Under the pieces are notes generated by a model that was not told where the DNA came from, made no database searches, and worked only from the letters and a program-made list of their open reading frames with translations. This document shows, piece after piece, positions 8,722 to 17,315 of a stretch of DNA of 34,692 bases (positions are counted from its first letter, which is position 1; every line of letters begins with the position of its first letter). The stretch comes from Chamaesiphon sp. GTDB taxonomy: Bacteria > Cyanobacteriota > Cyanobacteriia > Cyanobacteriales > Chamaesiphonaceae. The translations under genes were made by a program, and so were the position numbers. The stretch is taken from the NCBI GenBank assembly GCA_965246715.1, contig CBDFFH010000032.1, positions 1 through 34,692 of the forward strand, read 5' to 3'.

Positions 8722-10481
8722 ACTGTTTGAGAATCTCCTCTCGCCGCGAACGTAGCTAAACCAAAACATAACAAACCATTAATTACCAAGAAACTGCGCG
8801 CGAGCGCACCGTCACCCAGTAGCCAGATCTGGGGTGCGACGACCGCACTAACCAGCAAACAAGCAGCCACACCCAGACTGGTACCCACAGCGAACCATTT
8901 TCCTTGGGGCATCGACCAGCAGACCACTAGTAATACTAGCGGAATTAGGACACTTGCAAACACTGGATTTAAAATACCGTTACCTGAGACCAAATTTCCA
9001 AGTTCGGGAATCGAACTCCCCAATAAGCGGAATGGTGCTTGTGGTAGATCGAAGATATATAGTCCCTTGAGGAAAAACAATCCACTGCTGCCTGCTACCA
9101 TGCCACTCATCAGCGGTAAGCCAAAGGGGAGGTAATTGCGAATCAAGAAAGCTAAGAGGTAAGAGCCAATTACCATCCCAATTTTTGGTAATAATGCGAT
9201 CGCTCCACCATCGATCCAGAATCGGAGGTTGAGATAACCATTATCACGCAACCAGCGGAAGAAATCATTGAAGGTAATTTTGCCTTTTTGAGCGAGTTTG
9301 ACGGCTGCAGCAGCATCGAGATGTCCCGCACCGTAATAGTTTTGGGGATCGGTATCGATTTTGCGAACCGATTGCTGTAAGACGGCAAGGACTTCATCGG
9401 GTTCTTTAACACCGACAGCTTTAATCAGAGCTGCCACGCCAGCAACATGCGGAGCTGCCATACTCGTCCCTTGGAAACCCAAAATTACTGGGGTATTCGT
9501 TTCGGGATCGATCGTTTCTTGCCAGATTTTGCTGCCGTGTCCGCCGCCTGGAGCGGCGATATCGACACCAGCACCGTAGTTAGAAAATTCTGCTTTCTCA
9601 TTTTGTGCGTCGGTTGCCGCAACGCTGATGACACGAGCATAACGCGCGGGGTAGGATGCGGCATCGTTATTTTCATTTCCGGCGGCGGCAACGATGACAA
9701 CACCCTTGCTGTGAGCATACTCGATCGCGTCTTTCATGATTTGGCTTTCACCACCACCACCGAGACTCATATTGATGACATCAGCCTGATTATCGGCCGC
9801 AAATCTAATCGATTCAGCGATATCGGTAATCGTCCCCCCACCGCTACTTGCTAAGACCTTGAGCGGCATGATTTTGGCTTCATAGGCAACTCCAGCCACA
9901 CCGTAGTTATTGTTGGTAGATTGGGCGACAGTGCCCGCTACGTGCGTACCATGTCCGTTGTCGTCGTCGGCATTTTCTTTGTCGTTGACGAAATCATAGC
10001 CTTTGACAAATTCAGTTTGTTCGAGATCGGGGACTTTGCTGACTCCCGTATCGATAATGGCGACGGTAACCCCGCGCCCTTTGGTTTCGACCCAAGCCTC
10101 TTCAACATTGATCGTGTGTAAGTGCCACTGCTTGCTGTATTGCGGGTCGTTGGGTGCAATCGTGGCATGATAGATATAGTTAGGCTCGATCGCTTCGAGA
10201 TCTTGCGCTGGAATCGTCGATCGCAATTTAGCTAAGAGAGCACGATCGCCTTTAACGATATATGTATGCTCTGGCTGCGAAAATTGACTATTGAGATGCG
10301 GGGCTAATTGATATTGCTGGGTTAGTGCCTGCAATTGCCGATCGATTTCCGCTGGCGGAATATTTTCTTTGAAGTCGATCGCGATCGAGTCAAATTCTCC
10401 CTTGGTTGCTAATCCTTGGAAATTAAAGATCGCAAACCCAATACCCAAACAGAATAGACACAAGACAATCAGTTTTCGCAT
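8718..10481 (-). CDS. Subtilisin-family (S8) serine peptidase with C-terminal membrane domain
   Basis: IIDTG, HGTHVAG, AAGN and GTSMAAPHVAG motifs; hydrophobic C-terminus. Confidence 0.93.
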   Translation of the reverse strand: MRKLIVLCLFCLGIGFAIFNFQGLATKGEFDSIAIDFKENIPPAEIDRQLQALTQQYQLAPHLNSQFSQPEHTYIVKGDRALLAKLRSTIPAQDLEAIEPNYIYHATIAPNDPQYSKQWHLHTINVEEAWVETKGRGVTVAIIDTGVSKVPDLEQTEFVKGYDFVNDKENADDDNGHGTHVAGTVAQSTNNNYGVAGVAYEAKIMPLKVLASSGGGTITDIAESIRFAADNQADVINMSLGGGGESQIMKDAIEYAHSKGVVIVAAAGNENNDAASYPARYARVISVAATDAQNEKAEFSNYGAGVDIAAPGGGHGSKIWQETIDPETNTPVILGFQGTSMAAPHVAGVAALIKAVGVKEPDEVLAVLQQSVRKIDTDPQNYYGAGHLDAAAAVKLAQKGKITFNDFFRWLRDNGYLNLRFWIDGGAIALLPKIGMVIGSYLLAFLIRNYLPFGLPLMSGMVAGSSGLFFLKGLYIFDLPQAPFRLLGSSIPELGNLVSGNGILNPVFASVLIPLVLLVVCWSMPQGKWFAVGTSLGVAACLLVSAVVAPQIWLLGDGALARSFLVINGLLCFGLATFAARGDSQTV

Positions 10482-10575
10482 ACCCCGCGATCGCTCTCAA
10501 CTTAATTAATATTTCCAGCATAGCTCAACATTTTAGTTTCCGCCGATCGATGCTATGTTTCCGCCTCTTCTCCTC

Positions 10576-11937
10576 CTAACGATTCACCAACGCCTTAATT
10601 CGCTGCACCGTATCGAGATAATCGCGATCTTTACCCTCCTTGCGGTAGATCTCGGCTGCTGCTAAATAGTTGGAGAGTGCTGTTTGTTTGTTACCTAGAC
10701 GATGATAAGCAATCCCTCGACTGGTAAAGGCATAGGCTGAGGCTGGATCTAACTCGATCGCCAGATTGTAATCTGTGAGTGCGAGTTGACAATCATTTAA
10801 TTCGCATAATGCCGTCCCCCGTCCGATATAAGCGGCAGAAATGTATGGATTGAGACCGATTGCCAGATTGAAGTCTGACTTGGCTCCGCGCCAATCCGAG
10901 AGGATATTGCGGATATTACCCCGATGAACGTATGCCTCGGTATAGTCGGGATTGATGGCGATCGATCGCGTATAATCAGTCATTGCTTCCGGCCAATGTG
11001 CGAGCGAACTATGGGCGATGCCGCGCCGAAAATAGACTTCAGTAAAATTGGGATTTAAGGCGAGAGTGCTGTCATAATCATCGATCGCTTCTTGATAATT
11101 ACCGCGCTCGGATTTGTGTTGAGCGGCGATAAATAAATCGTCTGCGCTGGATCCAGAACTTGTCTTTAGCGGGGGTCGGGTGCCGAGATCTACCTGCATC
11201 TGACTGGCAATTTTGACGAATGTATCGATCGGAATCGCTAAACCGCTAACTGGTTTAACCCGATTAGGAAGATTGACATTAACATTGCCAACACTTTTAC
11301 CATTAATTCCAACCAGGATACCTTTGTCATTAAATAAGCCACCACCGCTCATTCCTGGCAAGATATCTGCATTTCCCAGCACCAAACTATAACCATAGGG
11401 ATGGACTTGATGGCTTATTGCCACAACTTTTCCGGGATAAGATCGCACAGCAGTATTTAAAAATCCAGCCGCAAAAATAGCTTGTCCTCTGACTAAAGTA
11501 CTCGAATCACCGATTTCGGCGACTGGATAATTTTGGGTACTTGCGAAGGTGACAGTTGCCAGATCGGTCGCATCAGGCGCGATGTGAATGCGATCGATCG
11601 AAGCTGTATATTCCTGTCGATCGAATGTCACGATTTTTATCGATCGATTTTGGTGCTTGGCGATTACATGAGCTGCCGTTAAGATCGTATATGTATCGCT
11701 CTCATGCTTGATGATAACTCCCGAACCCTGTCCCGATCCGGCTTGAATTAATACAACTCGATCGGTCACAACTCCAACTCGAACGGGTTGGACTGGAGCA
11801 GGCTGAACTGGGGCGGGCTGAACTGGAGCGGGTGGGACTGAATCTTCTGAGGATGGTACTTGAGCTATGGTGTTCGGAGCCATTAGCAACAGGCTAGAGA
11901 TGCTCCACAAAAGCGCTGGCAGGAATTGTTTGGACAT
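10576..11937 (-). CDS. Secreted trypsin-like serine protease with TPR repeats
   Basis: Signal peptide, (PAPVQ)n linker, TAAH / DLA / GMSGG triad, multiple C-terminal TPRs. Confidence 0.88.
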   Translation of the reverse strand: MSKQFLPALLWSISSLLLMAPNTIAQVPSSEDSVPPAPVQPAPVQPAPVQPVRVGVVTDRVVLIQAGSGQGSGVIIKHESDTYTILTAAHVIAKHQNRSIKIVTFDRQEYTASIDRIHIAPDATDLATVTFASTQNYPVAEIGDSSTLVRGQAIFAAGFLNTAVRSYPGKVVAISHQVHPYGYSLVLGNADILPGMSGGGLFNDKGILVGINGKSVGNVNVNLPNRVKPVSGLAIPIDTFVKIASQMQVDLGTRPPLKTSSGSSADDLFIAAQHKSERGNYQEAIDDYDSTLALNPNFTEVYFRRGIAHSSLAHWPEAMTDYTRSIAINPDYTEAYVHRGNIRNILSDWRGAKSDFNLAIGLNPYISAAYIGRGTALCELNDCQLALTDYNLAIELDPASAYAFTSRGIAYHRLGNKQTALSNYLAAAEIYRKEGKDRDYLDTVQRIKALVNR

Positions 11938-12237
11938 GCACGCATGATTGAATGTGGAACGGTAACTATAGATGTGAATTTTGGTAGACAATCGCACCTT
12001 AAATCTAGACAGGAGGTATTATAGCAGGCAACAAATGTTACTGCGTCGATCTCGATCGGCAGATTCGATCGCAAGTATCATCCTGGACAGTCGCCAATCC
12101 ACTCCCATCCCAACCCGCACGGGCATAAAATAGAAAATACTATTACCACTAAGCAGATGTCCTGTCGCAGATAAAGTCCCGCTTGCATCACTCGTCAAAT
12201 TTATGGACGAGCGATCGAGCATTATCCGCAACTGTCA

Positions 12238-12397
12238 GAGGGTGTCTGAAAAGTCCCAGAGTTGGTAGCCTAGCGATTGAAATCGCGGCTACATTTACAA
12301 AACCTGCCTCCGCAGGTTGCAGAAAACCTTAGTCTGTGTAGCCGACTTTGCAGCGGTAGCGGCGGTTTCAACCGCTAGCAGCTTTTCAGACACCCTC
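12238..12397. mobile_element. MITE (160 bp), IS5-like ends by inference
   Basis: 16-bp perfect TIR GAGGGTGTCTGAAAAG; TCA direct repeats at 12235-12237 and 12398-12400; internal palindromes. Confidence 0.8.
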
Positions 12398-12517
12398 TCA
12401 ATATTAAAACTATAATTGAATTAAAATAATATCGATTGCCTGAAGCTCTCTCATGGGTTGAACGAATTTACGCACAATAAATTCATGAATTTGAATGAGG
12501 ATTTAATGGTAGTAATT

Positions 12518-13054
12518 ATGGTTGATACTTTAACTAAAAAACTTACTAAAGATGAATTTTGGGCGATCGCCGATGCTGCCAATAATACCTGTGAATTAAT
12601 TGACGGAGCTGTAGTTACTAAGGTGTCGCCTAAATATTTTCATGCTAAATCTACTCTCAATTTAGTCAGAATTCTCGATCGATGGAGTGATGGTAAAGGG
12701 CGGCTAGGGATTGAGTGGGCGATCGATTTGACTGATGGTTTTACTCCTGTGCCGGATTTACTCTATGTCTCATTCGACAGGCTACCTATTACTTGGCAAG
12801 AAAACGCGGCTTGTCCGGTTGTACCTGAATTAGCGATCGAGATTATTTCGCCCGGACAAAGTTTTGGTCAAATGATTCAAAAAGCGAGTATCTATTTAGA
12901 TAATCATGTGCTACGAGTGTGGGTCGTCGATCCATCAGCCCAAAGCTTAACTGTATTTTTGGCCGATCGTGCGCCGATTACTTATACTGGCGATCGAGTA
13001 ATCATCGATCCACTATTTCCAGAGTTGTCGATTGTTACTAGTCACTTATTCTAA
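12518..13054 (+). CDS. Uma2 (DUF820) family endonuclease-like protein; start uncertain (ORF open from 12458)
   Basis: ELIDG.V...SP...H, VPDL, PELAIEIISP, K...Y...V..VWVVDP. Confidence 0.88.
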   Translation: MVDTLTKKLTKDEFWAIADAANNTCELIDGAVVTKVSPKYFHAKSTLNLVRILDRWSDGKGRLGIEWAIDLTDGFTPVPDLLYVSFDRLPITWQENAACPVVPELAIEIISPGQSFGQMIQKASIYLDNHVLRVWVVDPSAQSLTVFLADRAPITYTGDRVIIDPLFPELSIVTSHLF

Positions 13055-13253
13055 CGTCAGTGCGGGTTAAGGATATAGGCTTCGATCTCGCACTGCCTGC
13101 GGTTGAAACCGCTGCTAGTGATGCAAAGTCCGCCTACGCGGACTAATAATTCAGTCCGCGTAGGCAGGCTTTTGCCGCTCGCGGCAACAACCGGACTTTG
13201 CATCATGAGCGGAGACTTCCAGTCTCCAGACTCTTCTTATCCCGAACTGACGT
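13054..13253. mobile_element. MITE (200 bp), TIR family A
   Basis: ACGTCAGTGCGGGTTAAG ... CTTATCCCGAACTGACGT; TATTCTA direct repeats on both sides. Confidence 0.8.
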
Positions 13254-13276
13254 TATTCTAGGTTGTTGAGATCGAT

Positions 13277-13305
13277 AAAAGCGATCGAACAATACATTCG
13301 ATCGC
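13277..13305 (-). terminator. Terminator of the PEP-CTERM gene 13379-14422, built from two CGATCG arms
   Basis: gcgatcgaa-caataca-ttcgatcgc stem followed by TTTT on the minus strand. Confidence 0.6.
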
Positions 13306-13378
13306 CTATTCTAATTAACCCTGTATACATTTTTTTGGAGCTAAAACGCTCGGCTACATCTGGAGTTACAACAGCGAC

Positions 13379-14422
13379 TTAGATTTTATTGACAGATTTT
13401 AATTTCTTTTTCATCTGAAAAGCTGTCGCGCCACCGATGAGCGTACCGACGATCGTGAATGGTTCGGGCACAGATGTGCTACCCGGCGGGATCGTACTCG
13501 GTCGATTCGGTAGTTCGGCAATTAGGTCCGGTACTGAAATCCTGCTATTATCGGGTGCAGGATCGCCGCCATTAAAGGAAATCACTCTAACTTCATTGTT
13601 ATCAGAATGCAGTCCCCACGTGAGCAACATCTGAGCGTCCACGTCAGACACGGTACCCACACCTGCGCTGCTACTAGTAACTAGTGATGCCATAACGGCA
13701 AGATCGATTTGCTGACCGACATATGCAGTAATTACTTTTTGGTTCGATTTACCACTAGTCCTCGTCAGTGCTTCTGGGATTTCTACCGTATCAAAGATCC
13801 CAGTTTTGCGTTTTTGTTCGCCATCTAGGTATTGATTTGTGCGAAAGAAATCGCCCCTGAAAAAATTTTGCTCTAATGGGTTGCGCGTATTAAAAGTGAC
13901 ACTGGCAGAGCCAGTAATTTGAGCTGCCTCATTAGGGCCAAATCCGCTGCCCCCCTCACGATTTGTGACGAATTTCAGTGTATCGCGGAGTGCCACATCA
14001 GCAGTCAGGGTGATGTCAACTGGAGTACCAGCAGCCAAAGTGGCAGAAGTGATTCTGAACGAATCATTGTAAGAAAAACTACCAAATCCTGTGGCTTTGC
14101 CAAGTCCAGTCGCACCAAATATCGGTGGTGAGGAGCAAGCATGAGCATCAAGAGTTCCAGTACCAGCGGTACCATCAAAACCCATCGCAGAGAAAGCAGC
14201 ATCGAAATTTTTGGTTTCGGGAATTATCGAAGGCGAGAGGGAGCTAACCTTGACGTTTTGCTGGGATTGGGGTGCGATATGAACGTCAGTAGTATCAACA
14301 CCTTGATTGACAATTCCAGTTGCAAAAGCTGGCACTGCACACAGCACGCCAGCGATCGTTAGGGTACTCGATTTTAGGTAGCGTAATGATGAGGATTGAA
14401 TAGTCATTTTGGGGATTTGCAC
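13379..14422 (-). CDS. PEP-CTERM sorting domain protein (GTG start, or ATG at 14407)
   Basis: Signal-like N-terminus; VPEPFTIVGTLIGGATAFQMKKKLK tail. Confidence 0.85.
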   Translation of the reverse strand: MQIPKMTIQSSSLRYLKSSTLTIAGVLCAVPAFATGIVNQGVDTTDVHIAPQSQQNVKVSSLSPSIIPETKNFDAAFSAMGFDGTAGTGTLDAHACSSPPIFGATGLGKATGFGSFSYNDSFRITSATLAAGTPVDITLTADVALRDTLKFVTNREGGSGFGPNEAAQITGSASVTFNTRNPLEQNFFRGDFFRTNQYLDGEQKRKTGIFDTVEIPEALTRTSGKSNQKVITAYVGQQIDLAVMASLVTSSSAGVGTVSDVDAQMLLTWGLHSDNNEVRVISFNGGDPAPDNSRISVPDLIAELPNRPSTIPPGSTSVPEPFTIVGTLIGGATAFQMKKKLKSVNKI

Positions 14423-14548
14423 TAGGTAGCTATATTTTCTCTAATTAGCGATAGTCTTATTTTTTTAACTACCGAGAATCGTGGAACAAAATTTATCGCG
14501 CTCGACAATCTTTCCTGACAAAGATATACTGCCATTACTAAAAAATCA

Positions 14549-15375
14549 GGCGTTGCTGGATTAAGATATGATTTGGCGATCGAGAGGTAATCTGTGCCGT
14601 CGATCGCCAGAACTAACTGAATTAGGAGTTGGTACTTCACCAAATTTAAGATAATGAATTAACAATCTAATAGAATGCTTTAGCATTTGTTCGCACTTAG
14701 AATAACATAATGTTTTTCTTTTTAATCGAGCTAAGTAATGTCTGAGCCTAGTGTTTTCACCCTCAACTCTTGTCATATAAGTTTTACTCACGATTTGGTC
14801 ACCATCTGGAATAAATATTGGATAGACCCTCCACCCATCCGTCACATAAAAATAACATTTCCATGTACTTACCAAATTCTCCCATAGCGGTCTAAATGTC
14901 TTAGCACTGTGGTCGCCTAATACCCATCCTAAAATACCCATCTGAAAGTGATTTACTGCCGTCCAGAGCCAGATCTTGTTTTTTTTGAGCCAACAAACGT
15001 CTCTAACTCATCCAACTCACCAACTTCTGGTATTTGGTCTGAATTATAGTAATCTGGGAGATTTCCCCCTACTTGCTTCACCCAATCCATGACAGTTGTA
15101 TTATGCACACCCATTACTCTTTCTATTGCTCGAAATCCCATCCCATTAACATACATTGACAAACATTTCTGCTTGATTTGTGGTGAATATCCTCTGTGTG
15201 CTTCATAACAATCTATAAATTGCCGTCCGCAGTCTTTACAAATATGGTTCTGCTTTCCCTTTATTCGCCCATTTTTATTGATATTGGACGATCTACATTC
15301 AGGACATTCCATTTAGATATTTGCTCTTGTTACTTCTCTCGATCGCCTTAGATCATATCCTAATCCAGCAACGCC
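14549..15375 (-). mobile_element. IS1-family insertion sequence, 827 bp, apparently intact
   Basis: 24-bp TIR GGCGTTGCTGGATTA(A/G)GATATGAT with 1 mismatch; 8-bp TSD AAAAATCA at 14541-14548 and 15376-15383. Confidence 0.95.
14561..15312 (-). CDS. IS1 transposase InsAB (InsA 14953-15312 plus InsB via -1 frameshift)
   Basis: CPEC...CKDC zinc ribbon and HTH; ELDE; A8C slippery run at 14978-14986 leads to KIWLWTAV...YVTDGW..Y...TRVEGENTRLRHYLARL. Confidence 0.92.
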
Positions 15376-15378
15376 AAA

Positions 15379-15415
15379 AATCAATTAGTCATTTAACCCA
15401 GGCGATCGTAAAGTT
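15379..15415 (-). promoter_or_regulatory. Island operator/-35 motif copy 1 (its -10 TATCTT is at 14521-14526, separated by IS1)
   Basis: AATCAA-TTAGTCATTTAACCCA-N10-AAGTT on the plus strand, matching copies at 19873 and 28423. Confidence 0.7.
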
Positions 15416-15443
15416 CATAGCTTGGATAGAAAAATCTATCTTT

Positions 15444-16322
15444 CTATAGCTTACTGCTGGATTTTAATTTCTTTCTGAGCCGCAAAGCGACCGTACCACC
15501 GAGCAAGGTACCAACGATCGTTAAGGGTTCGGGCACTGCGGTAGCTGCACCAAAATTCTTGACTTGTGCTGAAGTGGCGAAAGTCAGATCGTCCAATCCA
15601 AATTTCTCATTAGCTTTATCGGGATCGGATACGGGCGCGATGCCGAAGGTAACGGTGGTAAAAATTTCACTAGGATTTGCAGCAACAAAACCATAATAAA
15701 GTAATGATTTATCAGTATTACCCGCCGCAGGTGTTCTGGGAATTATTAAAGTTTTAGTCGGATCGTTATCGAACTGGAGCTTAATTCCTTCTTGATTCTC
15801 AACATCTGTCGCATAAAAACCGAGCGCAGCCATCGGATTGGTAAACTTAATCGTCAATGTTCCATTACCAACCTCATAATAATTATTACCTGAAACTGCG
15901 AATCGTCCGTTCTCAGTTGGCGGGCTAGCAGTATCATTAAACCGAACACCTTTCGTTGCAAAAGAAGGTAGAGTTACATCAGTTGAGGTTGTGGTTATAC
16001 TACTCGTTCCTGGAAAATCGGCAAGGGTTAGTGGCGTTCCTGGTGTTAATCCACGAATTATCGGATTGGGATCTGGAGTAGGCAGAATGACACTATCGAA
16101 GTTTTGAGTACTCGGACTACTTAGCTTCATGAGAAAAGATCGTTGTGCCTTCCAAGCTGCTGATGAATCATCTGCGGTGAAATTTGCCCCCCCATTTGCA
16201 TAAGTATCCTCACCAAAGGAACCTAAATCGAAAGTTATAGCTATAGCTGGAGTAATCGCTCCACTAGCCATCATGCTGCTGATGGTAATCCCTGTCATCC
16301 AAGCTAAAGATTTTATTTTCAT
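15444..16322 (-). CDS. PEP-CTERM sorting domain protein
   Basis: Signal peptide; VPEPLTIVGTLLGGTVALRLRKKLK tail. Confidence 0.88.
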   Translation of the reverse strand: MKIKSLAWMTGITISSMMASGAITPAIAITFDLGSFGEDTYANGGANFTADDSSAAWKAQRSFLMKLSSPSTQNFDSVILPTPDPNPIIRGLTPGTPLTLADFPGTSSITTTSTDVTLPSFATKGVRFNDTASPPTENGRFAVSGNNYYEVGNGTLTIKFTNPMAALGFYATDVENQEGIKLQFDNDPTKTLIIPRTPAAGNTDKSLLYYGFVAANPSEIFTTVTFGIAPVSDPDKANEKFGLDDLTFATSAQVKNFGAATAVPEPLTIVGTLLGGTVALRLRKKLKSSSKL

Positions 16323-16402
16323 AAGTATTGGGTAGAGTTATTAGTTGTTAAAAGCGATCGTACACCATAATCGATCTTTCGGTTTGGAGCCGCAGTGGCG
16401 AC

Positions 16403-17224
16403 TTACATTTGCTTGACAGATTTGAGCTTCTTTCTCATCCGTAAAGCTGCCATACCACCGACGATCGTACCGATAACTGTAAATGGTTCGGGAACGGCGG
16501 TAGGAGTGGGAGCGTCATAACCTAGAGTGATTCCTAAACTAACATAAGGAAAAACATCATTAGTATCATTGATGAGAAGATCCCCACTGGCAAAGTTGGA
16601 ATCAGTGCGGCCTGAAGCATTAACATAATAGCCATTAGATGCCGCATTAGAACCTATTGTAATTGGGTACTTTGAAAATGTAAGTAAAGATGTGAAATTG
16701 TCTGTATCGACTAATCCCGATCCCGTATCTGCCTTTAAATTTATATTAACTCCATGATTGTTTAGACCAGCAAATGTTACATCTCTGAAAGAAGGATTAA
16801 AGACATAGCCAATATTGCTGTTTGAAACATTTAACGCCCCATAATTGAAACTGAAGCTTGCTAAAAGATTTGAAAAAACAGAAGTAGCTGAAGGGTTAAA
16901 GTTATCCCAAAAACTAACGTTAAGTTGAAGTTTTTTATAATTGGCATTTTGAGTAGGAAAAAAATATGCAGCCACATTATTGACGATCGGGTTGGCATAG
17001 GGGAAAGCAGGATCGGCATTAAAAGCCTGTCCCATATAGGTGTGTGGAGTGACATCAGTAAAGCCGGATATTGTTACGTTACGAGGATCGGAAAATGTAT
17101 CGTAAACTAATGTTGTCGCCCAAATCTTGTCAGTAAAGAGAGCTGAACCGATCGATACTAGAGTAGTAGTTGTCGCGAGAAGAGCAAGTTTTAGAGCAGG
17201 GGAATTTTCAGTGTATTTTTTCAT
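16403..17224 (-). CDS. PEP-CTERM sorting domain protein
   Basis: ATG at 17224 with GAGG upstream; VPEPFTVIGTIVGGMAALRMRKKLK tail. Confidence 0.88.
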   Translation of the reverse strand: MKKYTENSPALKLALLATTTTLVSIGSALFTDKIWATTLVYDTFSDPRNVTISGFTDVTPHTYMGQAFNADPAFPYANPIVNNVAAYFFPTQNANYKKLQLNVSFWDNFNPSATSVFSNLLASFSFNYGALNVSNSNIGYVFNPSFRDVTFAGLNNHGVNINLKADTGSGLVDTDNFTSLLTFSKYPITIGSNAASNGYYVNASGRTDSNFASGDLLINDTNDVFPYVSLGITLGYDAPTPTAVPEPFTVIGTIVGGMAALRMRKKLKSVKQM

Positions 17225-17315
17225 GTTTTCCTCTGGATTTGAATATTTTAAGAGTCGTTCGTGAGGACAACCAATAATCAAAGGCGATCCTTACGAACTT
17301 TTAGCAATTTCAACT

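Noticed and set aside
14941..14990. IS1 transposase as a frameshifted pseudogene
   Set aside because: The split at an A8C run is the normal programmed -1 frameshift of IS1-family elements
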